A stretch of DNA of 63,046 nt, the filler included, from Squatina squatina (taxonomy: Eukaryota), in assembly GCA_031763465.1 (NCBI GenBank). It is 4 parts of 4 records of this genome, joined end to end, with 100 filler letters (N's around TTAATTAATTAA, not from the genome) between each part and the next. Parts side by side here need not be neighbours in the genome. Positions count along the whole stretch, not along the records: positions 34,485 to 49,545 come from JARFOE010000001.1; positions 49,646 to 63,046 come from JARFOE010000038.1; 2 more parts are not named here. One strand, given 5' to 3'. Below the pieces are notes generated by a model. That model made no database searches. It saw nothing but the letters and a program-made list of their open reading frames with translations, and had not been told where the DNA came from. This document shows positions 48,201-60,060 of this stretch, piece by piece. The translations under genes and the position numbers were made by a program. The number at the start of each line of letters is the position of its first letter. Within the stretch, counting starts at the first letter, position 1.

Positions 48201-48564
48201 TCTTTCTTCCCGGATGATTTATCCATCTCCTGTAGTATATCAGCTTGATTCGTGGCTGCTTCTTAAATAGAAGGGCTCAAGATGCCTTTGTTTGCCATAC
48301 AGACTCTAGTCTTTTGACACCCTGTTGAACACCAGCCAAAATTGAATTGAGAGAATAGGCCCTGAGATCAAACAAGATCATCAGGGCAGTGAGGAGAATC
48401 TGTGAAGGGGAATGGATGGGATCAAAACTGACAGGGCTCTATTTATTAACTGCAGCATCACCATTCTGGGAAAACCATCTTCTGAGGTGGTTTTTGGTGC
48501 CTCCGGAGGCTCTAACTTTAGAACAATGTTGCTAAAATTGGGATTGTTGTCAGATCAGTGGCAA

Positions 48565-48815
48565 TACCCAACATTGTCATCAAACCTGCCGACAACGGTG
48601 CTGTTGTTGTTTGGCGCACCGACCTCTGCCTTGCAGAGGCCGAACGCCAACTCTCTGACACCTCCTCCTAATCCCCCCTGCACCATGACCCCACAACCGA
48701 ACATCAAGCCATCATCTCCCAGGCCATCACTGACCTCATCTCCTCTGGAGATCTTCCCTCCACGGCTGCCACCCTCATAGCTCCCCACCCCTGCACAGCG
48801 CACTTCTACCTGCTT
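48565..48815 (+). mobile_element. Penelope-like element RT N-terminal fragment
   Basis: PNIVIKPADNGAVVVWRTDLCLAEAERQLSDTSS*SPLHHDPTTEHQ...AHFYLL contains the PLE hallmark IKPADKG..VV and leads towards FYLLPKIHK. Internal stop. Confidence 0.88.
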
Positions 48816-48982
48816 NNNNNNNNNNNNNNNNNNNNNNNNNNNNNNNNNNNNNNNNNNNNNNNNNNNNNNNNNNNNNNNNNNNNNNNNNNNNNNNNNNNNN
48901 NNNNNNNNNNNNNNNAAACATTAAGAAAAGTTTTCAAGAAAACATTAGACTTCACTGCAAACCAGGAATTTTTGTCTGCTGA

Positions 48983-49195
<213 letters not shown>

Positions 49196-49545
49196 TAATA
49201 AGTACAATTGGGCAGGAGATACACCCTAACAGTGCGCTGCACTGCAGGGTGGTGTAATGAAGGGGATGATTTTAATTCCCGGAGGGGAAGCCGGACAGAG
49301 ATGACTGGCTTCCTGTCTGAGAGTCTCAGTGGGAGGGCTTACCAATTTTAACTGTTGACCTCATTTTCACCTTGCCAGCCAGCTTGCCCGGCTTTGGGCA
49401 GGTCAAAATTGCAGAGCCTGGAGGCTGCCCGTCAACACCAAGGTAAGTCACGGGGTGTGGGTGTTGGAATCAGGGTCCTGTCGTGGGTGGTAACATAAGA
49501 ACACAAGAAAAAGGAGCAGGAGTAGGCCATTTGGCCCTTCAAACC

Positions 49546-49645
49546 NNNNNNNNNNNNNNNNNNNNNNNNNNNNNNNNNNNNNNNNNNNNTTAATTAATTA
49601 ANNNNNNNNNNNNNNNNNNNNNNNNNNNNNNNNNNNNNNNNNNNN
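49546..49645. other. Artificial scaffold-joining spacer (N44-TTAATTAATTAA-N44)
   Basis: TTAATTAATTAA at 49590-49601. Confidence 0.95.
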
Positions 49646-50211
49646 GAGGGGACTTATAACCAGTAAAGCATGGTGTGTTGTTATGAAATATATAGAGGAG
49701 AGTTATACCCAGTGATGCACAGTATGTTTTTGTATAATATATACAAAGCGTTATACCCAGAATGCACAGGTGTGTTAGTATATAATATATACAGGAGCGT
49801 TTTACCCAGTAACGCATGGTGTGATATTATTTAATATATACAGGGGCGTTATACCCAGTGAAGCATGGCTTGTTATTATATAATATATATACCGGAGCAT
49901 TATACCCAGTAACATACTGTGTGATATTGTATAGTACATACAGGAGCGTTATACCCAGTAATGCACGGTATGTTATTATATAATATATACTGGGGTGTTA
50001 AACTCAGAGACACACGGCATGTTATTATGTAATATAAAGAAGAGTGTTATACCCGGTAACACACGGTGTGATATTATATAATATATACAAGGGCGTTATA
50101 CCCAGTAACGCATGGTGTGTTATCATATAATATATACGGAGCATTGCACCCGCTTACGCAGGTGTGTTATTGTATAATATATACAGGGCGTTATACCCAG
50201 TACCGCAAGGT
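49646..50211 (+). repeat. AT-rich satellite with a ~49-bp unit (ttatacccagtaacgcatggtgtgatattatataatatatacaggagcg), about 11 diverged copies
   Basis: ttatacccag recurs at ~49-nt spacing and fills the whole contig between two gaps. Confidence 0.92.
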
Positions 50212-51361
50212 NNNNNNNNNNNNNNNNNNNNNNNNNNNNNNNNNNNNNNNNNNNNNNNNNNNNNNNNNNNNNNNNNNNNNNNNNNNNNNNNNNNNNNNNN
50301 NNNNNNNNNNNAGGCCCCTGGATCTGAATAATGAGCTCGGCCTTGCTTCTTTCTTTTGTCGTTGCCCGCCCGAACCACGGGTCGCTTAAACAAAAATATA
50401 ACTCGACTCTGTTATTTTTAAAGAAGCAAGCACTGTTATCTCCATAGGCAATTGCACAAGACAGCCTCACAAACCTTTTAGATCCAGAGACGGGATATTA
50501 TTCATTCCCCGCGCCGTTACCGCTGGATTCCACTCGACCGACAGTTGCGTAGGCCCCAAAAAACAATCCAACTACTACGTGAGGTAAGTTTGGTCTTTTC
50601 TGGCACGTCCGCTGCAATCAAAGGAAGTCAGACAGCAACAAGACTGAAAACATGTTGTCGTTCTGTGACTCTGTCCCCACAGCTTTTCATTTTAACAAGT
50701 TTTTACATTGGATCACATGGTTGCTGTTCACCTGGGCCCGAACAAAGGCGACACACAACTAGGCCCCAAAGTCTTATCTAACTTACCATTCATACTGCAA
50801 AAATTGGAAACACAAGTCGGATTGTTCTGGGCCTCTGTCACTTCTAAAAGAGCTCACTGTACATTAAATTCATTGTTGCCGCACTTGCTAAGCTGAAAGC
50901 TCCAGCAGACATTCAACACAATACTGGTCTTTTAATCAGAGCGCGCCGGCCCAATATAAAGGCCGCCCTGTGTGAGGAATTGGTGTGGTGGGGCTGCCCC
51001 AGGTACTCGGGGGAAGGGGGCTGTTTTGCCAGCTGGGAGCGTTCCACTGGCTCCTCAGGTGGGAGGCCGAGGATTCTCAACAACTCCCAGTCCTGACCCC
51101 ATGCCAACGCTCCTCTGGGTACCGAGGGCAGGTCCCCATTGACAGGAGCGTGACCAGGTTCAAGCACGTTTTTTTTGTTTATTTATAGCATNNNNNNNNN
51201 NNNNNNNNNNNNNNNNNNNNNNNNNNNNNNNNNNNNNNNNNNNNNNNNNNNNNNNNNNNNNNNNNNNNNNNNNNNNNNNNNNNNNNNNNNNTGCGATATT
51301 GGTGCCTCGGTGCCGCCGGCTGACAGTTCTTTTCTTTGCTTTTTCCTTATCTCGTGCACAG

Positions 51362-52074
51362 GCCAGACCCACGGCCCGCCGACTCCCCCCACCACCCCGA
51401 AGACGGAAATGCAGCCGGGAAAGGCGGAGGGAAAACGGGAGGGGCGCCCACTAGTGGAAGGAGGGAAGCCGCACATCGACTTCGGCAACATGGACATTGG
51501 TGACCTCAGCCACGACGTCATGTCCAACATGGAGACCTTCGATGTCCACGAGTTCGACCAGTACCTGCCACCCAATGGGCACCCCAGCCATGGGCAAGCC
51601 TTGGGATCCGGGGCCTACGGCGGAAATTACGGGCTAGGGGGCGCGCTGGCGGGCGCCGGGGGACATTCCGCCTGGATCTCCAAACAACACGGCGGAAGCT
51701 CGTCGTCCTCAGCCTCAGCGGCGGCTCCCTCCGAGTCCAAGACCCAGATCAAGACGGAGCAAGCTCACCCGAGTCATTACGCGGACCAGCAGCACTCCTC
51801 CGCCCAGATCACCTACACCTCCCTGAGCCTCCCTCACTACGGCTCGGCCTTCCCCAGCATCACCCGGTCCCAGTTCGACTACCCTGAGCACCAGCCTTCG
51901 GGGTCTTACTACAGCCCCTCCGGCCAGACCTCCGGACTCTACACCGCCTTCTCCTACATGGGCGCGTCGCAGCGCCCGCTCTACACGTCCATCAGTGACC
52001 CGACCTCGGTCCCTCAGTCCCGCAGCCCCACCCATTGGGAGCAGCCAGTCTACACGACACTCACCCGACCCTAA
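51362..52074 (+). CDS. SOX10: SOX10 last coding exon (K2 and C-terminal transactivation domains)
   Basis: ctcgtgcacag|[18 protein letters not shown]...[14 protein letters not shown]...SAWISK...QIKTEQ...[16 protein letters not shown]...[13 protein letters not shown]. The [16 protein letters not shown] and [10 protein letters not shown] blocks are SOX10-type rather than SOX8/9. Confidence 0.93.
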
Positions 52075-53383
52075 TATCCCCTCCGGCGAAGTTGAGGACC
52101 AAATGGGACTTGGTTTTTTATTTTAAAACCAAAAGACCAAAAAATATCCAATCTACACGTACGGTTCCGAAGATCGACCCTGCTAATGAGCACCTCTAAT
52201 ATTCCCGACGTTCCCCGCGTGTCCGGGTCGAACAGAAGTTTCTCGTCTACAGACTAAGGCAGCGAGGAAGCCAGACTGCGACAGATTACCCAGAGGGCTG
52301 AGTGAAGATTCTGGCTCTTGACAATAAACCAGAAGTGACCCCNNNNNNNNNNACACAACGCAACGCAGTACCCCCGTCTCATAGTGACGCCAAAGCAAAC
52401 AACCCAAGCTTCCGGGAAACTCTCTGTAAATCTCTCGTACTTACAGCGCTGCCTTTCACGCAGCAAGGAACTAAGGCCGTGCCCGCCATTCGCGTTGACC
52501 AGGAATGAAGTGACTGGAGACCTCACTTCCGAAGCTTTCTACCTGCCTGTTGCCTCCACGCAGCCTTCAGCCAGCGAGGCAGGGCTCAAACCCGAATGTA
52601 CCACGAGCTGTGACCGGCAGTGTCCTGTACGTTCCACTGAAGCGTTAAACCCGCTTTTGCTTCACTTGCGAGTAACGTTTGTTTTTTGTTCTGTTTTAAT
52701 CCGCTTAACTCTCGCAGGCAGCACCTCCCAAACCCACGACCTCCAGCACCGAGAAGGACAAGGGCAGCCGGTGCACGGGAACAGNNNNNNNNNNNNNNNN
52801 NNNNNNNNNNNNNNNNNNNNNNNNNNNNNNNNNNNNNNNNNNNNNNNNNNNNNNNNNNNNNNNNNNNNNNNNNNNNNNNNNNNNAAAAAAAAGACACAGC
52901 GAGACACGAAAAGTAATGCTTAGCAGCCAAACACAACATGTTTATTCTCTTTTTTTCTCAAGAAAAATTATGTAGTCCACTGAAGCAACTGTGTTGCACA
53001 ATTACAATCACATCCTCAAAACAAACCACGGATAAAAGCAAATGTCAAAATTCTTTATATATATACCTATTAGAACAACTTTTGTTTTTTTTCAGTTTCA
53101 ATGAAATGACAGACTTTTTTTTAATATTTTGCGCTGATATATAAAAAAAATTCACCCTTATTATTCCAGCGATGGGGATACAGTACCAGCTATGGCCAGA
53201 CCAAGAAATGGAAATGCTCCATCTTATTTGTACAAACTACATTGAGCAACACAATTTGTTAATGAACCAGTGATTTTGTTTTTTTCCCCCCTCTCTTAAT
53301 AAGTACCTATCCTGGTTACACAATGCATAGTTCTCAGATTTTCTTCTAATTAAAAGGCAATGGCACCCACTAATGGGATGTTC

Positions 53384-53411
53384 TCCCTCCCTCCCTCCCT
53401 CCCTCCCTCCC
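53384..53411. repeat. (CCCT)n microsatellite
   Basis: Directly visible. Confidence 0.85.
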
Positions 53412-55332
53412 ACCGTGGTAAAAAGTCAGTATCCCTTTAAACAAATTTTTGCAGGTCATTTTTCTTTTTAAACGATGAAATACATTCATTTTCTTTGTTG
53501 CGTGTCAGTTCTGTCTCTCTCGCTCTCTATCTCTCTTCCCCCACTGTTATTTATTTCTAACAGTACAATGTTGTCACCAGGATTGCCGTAAACCATAATG
53601 TACTCTTGGCCACTCGGGAACAGTGAAATAAACATCTACGATTCTAGATTCTGCCGTTGAGAACCTAGAACGCTGCCTATGGATTATAACCCGAGCTGTA
53701 TAATACTGGGGTGAAGTGTAGTACTGGCGATTACTGATCAGTGCTGAGAGACGGGAGCAATTTTAAGTGATGAATTAAGAGCATCACAGAGTGTATTGGC
53801 TTAAGTACGATTGTTTTTCCTATAGTGTATTGGCACCAATAGGCTAAGTAATCCAAGTGACAACAATGCATTTTATACATAATATATATATATTTATTAT
53901 GTATAAAAAAAAATAAACTTTCCTTCCGAATTCACATCCCATCTCCCTGCCACAGAACCCACCTGAAGCCGAAGGAGAGGTGTGTTGGACAAGGCCCACC
54001 CCACCCCACCACTCTGAAACGGGGCGGGGGGGGGGTGTTCGCGGCATACCNNNNNNNNNNNNNNNNNNNNNNNNNNNNNNNNNNNNNNNNNNNNNNNNNN
54101 NNNNNNNNNNNNNNNNNNNNNNNNNNNNNNNNNNNNNNNNNNNNNNNNNNTTTGGTATGAGCATGTTCAGTTCGCTCTGGCCTACTAAAGCAAGCACATG
54201 GACTAGTAACTCATCGTGTCTCTGTCCTTCATTTGTTCTACCCAAGTATATTACACGGACAAATAACTTTTTTTGGAACTATTAAACCTCCAGGGGCTTG
54301 GGGATCAATTTCAGTGTCTCCCACATGGAGGGGAGCCGGTCCTGGCTGCAGAAACATGAAACGTGGAAAGAGGGTGCGGAAGATGTCCATCATTACCTCG
54401 CAATGTAACTGGGAGGCAGGAGAATCCCTCCAAATATATAGACAATAAAGCATTAATTGGGCAAGGATTAATACTAAACACAATACAGATGTTGAGGAAT
54501 ATTAAGCATCGAAATATAGCAGAGAATGACGTTACTGAAATAAATGTAGCGCCTATAGAACAGGGCGACTACACTGAAGTTAATAGCTTTTCTAAAGTTC
54601 TTTTCTACACCAGGACCCTGGTCCCACGCTCTGATCCTCAGCCATCACTGTTGCTCAGTGCCTGAAATGGGATCGGATTCCTGTTGACAGCACTACATCT
54701 TGCACCTTGATGAGCATTCACATTCACCCCCCCCCCACAAAAACGCTTTTAATAAAAAAAACTTGCCCCACGTATGACAGCATCACATTCTTTCCCCAAT
54801 GACATCATGAATGGGGAATGATCCCCCACAACCCAAACCCTCCCATTCACCATGGACCATGTCTGTAACCAGGAGCTAGGAAACAGGTTAGCAACAAAGG
54901 TTGATTTGACAGGCATGGGAACTGTTAGTACCTCGGTAGAATATACTTCCAAGAGTTTTTTGTTTGTTTGTTTAAAGTCACTGCTGCCCAGTCCGAGGAG
55001 ACAGGCATCCCACTGCGTGTGCTACAGGGTTGCCATGCTGATAGTTAACGATACAAGAAGCGACAGTCTGATAGCACCAATACTGAACTGGTACCGGGGG
55101 CAGGCACGGTAGGAAGTCAGATATCTGAATACCAAACAGACCGATTATCCCGACCACCTAGTTCCATATATATTTACTTTTCTTCAAAACCTATCAAAAT
55201 ACGCACATGCTTAATGTAAGACATATCAGCAAAATCTTTTGCAAATGTTCTAAATTGCTTATTATATAACATTAGGATTCATTTATAAAAACAGAATGAG
55301 AAATCCTTGGAACCACAGAATTTAAGTTTTTT

Positions 55333-55333
<1 letters not shown>

Positions 55334-55387
<54 letters not shown>
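55334..55387. repeat. (TG)n(TA)n compound microsatellite
   Basis: Directly visible. Confidence 0.9.
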
Positions 55388-56445
55388 TTCACAGTACTTT
55401 CATTTTTTAATTTTCNNNNNNNNNNNNNNNNNNNNNNNNNNNNNNNNNNNNNNNNNNNNNNNNNNNNNNNNNNNNNNNNNNNNNNNNNNNNNNNNNNNNN
55501 NNNNNNNNNNNNNNNNNNNNNNNNNNNNNNNNNNNNNNNNNNNNNNNNNNNNNNNNNNNNNNNNNNNNNNNNNNNNNNNNNNNNNNNNNNNNNNNNNNNN
55601 NNNNNNNNNNNNNNNNNNNNNNNNNNNNNNNNNNNNNNNNNNNNNNNNNNNNNNNNNNNNNNNNNNNNNNNNNNNNNNNNNNNNNNNNNNNNNNNNNNNN
55701 NNNNNNNNNNNNNNNNNNNNNNNNNNNNNNNNNNNNNNNNNNNNNNNNNNNNNNNNNNNNNNNNNNNNNNNNNNNNNNNNNNNNNNNNNNNNNNNNNNNN
55801 NNNNNNNNNNNNNNNNNNNNNNNNNNNNNNNNNNNNNNNNNNNNNNNNNNNNNNNNNNNNNNNNNNNNNNNNNNNNNNNNNNNNNNNNNNNNNNNNNNNN
55901 NNNNNNNNNNNNNNNNNNNNNNNNNNNNNNNNNNNNNNNNNNNNNNNNNNNNNNNNNNNNNNNNNNNNNNNNNNNNNNNNNNNNNNNNNNNNNNNNNNNN
56001 NNNNNNNNNNNNNNNNNNNNNNNNNNNNNNNNNNNNNNNNNNNNNNNNNNNNNNNNNNNNNNNNNNNNNNNNNNNNNNNNNNNNNNNNNNNNNNNNNNNN
56101 NNNNNNNNNNNNNNNNNNNNNNNNNNNNNNNNNNNNNNNNNNNNNNNNNNNNNNNNNNNNNNNNNNNNNNNNNNNNNNNNNNNNNNNNNNNNNNNNNNNN
56201 NNNNNNNNNNNNNNNNNNNNNNNNNNNNNNNNNNNNNNNNNNNNNNNNNNNNNNNNNNNNNNNNNNNNNNNNNNNNNNNNNNNNNNNNNNNNNNNNNNNN
56301 NNNNNNNNNNNNNNNNNNNNNNNNNNNNNNNNNNNNNNNNNNNNNNNNNNNNNNNNNNNNNNNNNNNNNNNTAGATACTCAGGACAAAAACTTTACAAAA
56401 AGCAATTGGTGACATTCCTTCTCTAGGCTGTGACCCAATTCACCA

Positions 56446-56497
56446 AGAGAGAAAGCGAGACAGAGAGAGAGAGAGAGAGACAGAGATGGAGAGAGAG
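56446..56497. repeat. (GA)n-rich microsatellite
   Basis: Directly visible. Confidence 0.85.
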
Positions 56498-57383
56498 AAA
56501 AAGATAAATATCAGCATCTCAAAAGTACAGCATGCACTCACCTTACAATTCTGAGTGTTTAAATTGCCAGGGAGGGCTGTGGAAAAGAGTGAGAAATTGC
56601 AAGGAGCAAGGTGCGCGCCACAAGCAATTCAAAAAGGAATTCTTTACGAGAATGAGTCACCTCTCTGCTCTACCAAAATCATTAATACTTAAAAAAAAAC
56701 GTTTCCTTAAATGAATTAAGTTAGCGGAAAAAAAAGCCTTACAAGAATAAGGGCTGCAGTAATTAAGAGAATCTGTTGCAAAGCAAACATCTCCCACCAG
56801 GGAACCAAATGGATTGTTCCTGCAAATCCAGTATGTCTGGAAAAATACCTTCCAAGCACATGATATATTTAAAACATTTACTTTGATTTCCTACAAAAAA
56901 AAAATGGCTCCGTGATGAGGTGTGACTTAGTCTTGCATCAAATTCTGGTCAAGGCGGTGAAGCTTGAAAATACGCCTCAAGTATATGTTACACTATTGCG
57001 ATACAACATGGGCTACGGCTGCTCCTCTTGTTTGTTTTTTACATCTACAAAGAGCCGTGTGCTCTGGGTGAGTGTACCATCATGTTTAGTAACAGTTGGA
57101 GCAGCCCCACGATGCTGATCACGCAGTTATGCTCGGCTGTAATCTTATGATCATAATCAGCCAGCTGGTACAATAACTTTATTATTTTTAATTTGAATTC
57201 CAATTAAAATGTCAGCAAGGAACTTAAAGAATAAACACACACACACACAGCTTTCAATGCTGCAGTTATGTTATTGAGAGAATNNNNNNNNNNNNNNNNN
57301 NNNNNNNNNNNNNNNNNNNNNNNNNNNNNNNNNNNNNNNNNNNNNNNNNNNNNNNNNNNNNNNNNNNNNNNNNNNNNNNNNNN

Positions 57384-57552
57384 GACCCTTCATCAGAACT
57401 GAAAAAAGCCAGAAAGTTTCAGTTCTGACGAACGTTCATCGACCCGAAACGTTAACTCTGTTTTTCTCTCCACAGATGCTGCCTGGCCTGCTGAGTGTTT
57501 CCAGCATTTTTTGTTTATATTCTGGATTCCAGCATCCGCAGTATTTCGCTTC
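57384..57552 (+). mobile_element. Non-autonomous Penelope-derived inverted-repeat element (pLTR)
   Basis: Inverted arms TTCATCAGAACTGAAA (57389-57404) and TTTCAGTTCTGACGAA (57417-57432), followed by the PLE tail ctctccacagatgctgcctggcctgctgagt...ttccagcatccgcagta. Confidence 0.8.
57421..57457 (+). ncRNA. Minimal type-I hammerhead ribozyme motif (stem II degenerate)
   Basis: AGTT-CTGACGA-acgttcatcgaccc-GAAA-CG-TT-AACT: CUGANGA and GAAA cores, stem I AGTT/AACT, palindromic ACGT mini stem III and a GUU cleavage triplet. Confidence 0.65.
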
Positions 57553-58659
57553 TGTAAGACCACAATATTGTCAGCTCAACCCACCTCCTGCTTGATGAGT
57601 GAGCAGAGTCAGAAATCACCTTTCGACACAAACAAATTGTGCATCAATTTCCTTCTCTTTCTACTTCATCTAACATTAGATTTCCCTCTGGAAGCAGGAC
57701 AGGCATGATCGATCAAACACTGGCTTATTAGCTTTACATACACAAATCTACAGCTGATATTTGGAAGGTTTTTTTTTGCTTTCTCCAAGAGGGAAGACAT
57801 TTACAATGATGTCATACATGTCAAAACCTTTTGTTTTCTGCCATGCATGCATATAGGGCACCTCACGTATGATGGGCCACATTCCCATATCGGAGTCCCT
57901 TTCCAAGCAAGAAATTTTTGAGTAAAGGCTACAACCCCACAACTGAAGCAGGGGAATTTTTTGAAAGAGATTTCTTTCAGTAAAATCAGAGCTTATGCTG
58001 TCACAGGAATGAACTCCAAACCTGTTGGGTGAGAAAAAATATATAATTTGAGGCAAAGGTTGGGGAGCTTTAAGCTACTCAAGAGGATATTTGCTCATTT
58101 ATGCTTCTACATCTGAATTCAGCTGAAAGTTTAATTCAACAAGCACTCATACAACACAATGCATTTGTATATTCCCAAATATTTAATTGGCAAATAGAAT
58201 CAGGTTTTGTCACAATTTATCAAATTCCAAAATGTGTAATAATTTGAGGCAAATCGGACTTGGGTAGCTAGGGGTGGGTTGCAACTAAGAGGACAGATTT
58301 AAGCAGTATAATTCTGTATCAATTTGATTGTGCACATTAGAGATGACTCCTTAATACTAAGTGCCATCATTATTGTAGTTTAAGCAACCATTTAGATCCA
58401 GAGTGCACGGTTTGGTTAGTCTGCTGATAAGAGTAACTGAATGCTGTCAATTTTAAACCTTGACAAAGTGTTTCCTCTTGATGCAATCTTGGGTAGTAAT
58501 GACTCAAGTTCAACAGGAGAACCAAATAGTCTGCTCTGGATAAGTCTTGTTTTCGGTTAAAGAAAACAGAATTGTCCAAGTATTTGAATGAGGCCATGTT
58601 CATGTCAAAAAGGAATCATCAGATCATTTGAATTAGGCATTAAGAATAAACTGTAATTA

Positions 58660-59391
58660 TGGCCCTTAAATTCTGTACTGTCGGGGCATGTTTGGAGTGT
58701 GCACGGGACTGTAAAGTTTCGGGTTTAGGGATGCACCGCGCATGCCCCTCAACCCGGAAGTTGCGATCTGTGAAGATTTCTCTGGACAGATCCAACACAT
58801 CCTCAGGAGATGGGCCTCTGTGGGCGGGGAGTCGGGCTATTTGCCCAGCGAAAGCTCTTCAAATTCTTCCGCTGATAAAAGCAGGTGTACAGGCTCACTG
58901 TTAGCAGCGTAAGAGGTTTAAAAGATTGCAAAATAGAATTCAACCGTTTATTTATTAGAAACCTGGTCCAGTAAGGTAGGTATTTTTTAGATAGTTTAAA
59001 ATATATTAAAAACATCAATAAAAGTGTAAAATATTTAATTATATAGTATTTTAACTAATTTTAATATTTGAAATGTTTTTAAATTTATTTTGAAGTGCTT
59101 GTGGTGGTTTTTGTATCTCCCATTCCGACTTCTACTGATGTTCGTATATTCGGAGATCAGCTGAAGTATGAATGGAGAGTCCCCACTTCGATTGGCTGGG
59201 GCCTCCCATGTGATCCAAGCAGCATCTACGAAGCGCATACGCTGCTCGGATACCTGGGCCTCTACGCTGGCGTCCACAGAGGCCCAGGAATGCAAGGCTG
59301 CGAACCTCCTGGACCACCAGGTACTTTGGGAGAAATCTTTCCATTCGGAGGCCCGCGCCCACGGGAAGGCTCCGACTGGACTATTAGGGCC
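58660..59391. mobile_element. Probable non-autonomous Harbinger-type MITE
   Basis: The ends GGCCCTTAAATT... and ...ACTATTAGGGCC are imperfect inverted repeats with T/A-rich flanks. GC-rich arms surround an AT-rich core. Confidence 0.45.
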
Positions 59392-59392
59392 T

Positions 59393-59725
59393 TAAAATCC
59401 TTACAGGGCTCAACAGGGTCGATGCAGGAGGATGTTTCCCCCTGGCTGGGGAGTCTAGAACCAGGGGTCACAGTCTCAGGATAAGGGGTCGGCCATTTAG
59501 GACTGAGCTGAGGAGAAATTTCTCCACGCAGAGGGTTGTAAATCTTAAGAATTCTCTCCCCCCAGTGGGCTGTGGAGGCTCAGTCATTTAGTAGATTAAT
59601 TTGTGGACACTAAAGGAATCCAGGGCAGGAAAGCGGAGTTGAGGTCGAAGATCAGCCATGAACTTGTTGAATGGCGGAGCAGGCTCGAGGGCCTTGCTCA
59701 TGCTCCTAATTCTTATGTCCTTATG
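59393..59725 (+). mobile_element. CR1 LINE 3' end
   Basis: Encodes approximately KILTGLNRVDA..MFPLAGESRTRGHSLRIRGRPFRTELRRNFSTQRVVNL, followed by the tail ttcttatgtccttatg. Confidence 0.9.
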
Positions 59726-59824
59726 TTGTTGTGTGCAGCAAAGCCATTGGGTAGGAGGAGGTTTTCATAGGATTGTGCAGTGTCAGATAACAGTACATGC
59801 GGTCAATGATTAACATCATTGTTA

Positions 59825-60060
59825 ATTTCAGAAATGAAGTCAGCAAAGCAGGTCAGCTGGCAACTAAAAGAGGAAAAGATAGGTTCCTGATGGGACTCTG
59901 TCGGAACCCTATTTTACACCAAAATATGTTGATTCTGATAAAGCGTTCTGTCTGAAACTTTAACCTGTCTTTTTCTCTAAGGTACCGAAGGACCTGCTGA
60001 ATATTTGCTACACTCTCCGCTTTAGTTTTGGATTTCCAGGCTCTCAGGTTTCCTTTGCCT
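59825..60060. mobile_element. Older, decayed Penelope-derived inverted-repeat element
   Basis: ttctgataaag...tctgaaactttaacctgtctttttctct...gacctgctgaatattt...gatttccag parallels 57421-57552, and gcaggtcag...gaggaaaagataggtt upstream forms the inverted arm. Confidence 0.55.

Noticed and set aside
49646-50211. CRISPR-like regular array
   Set aside because: Whole units are similar to each other, with no unique spacers or cas genes, and the context is eukaryotic. It is a satellite.
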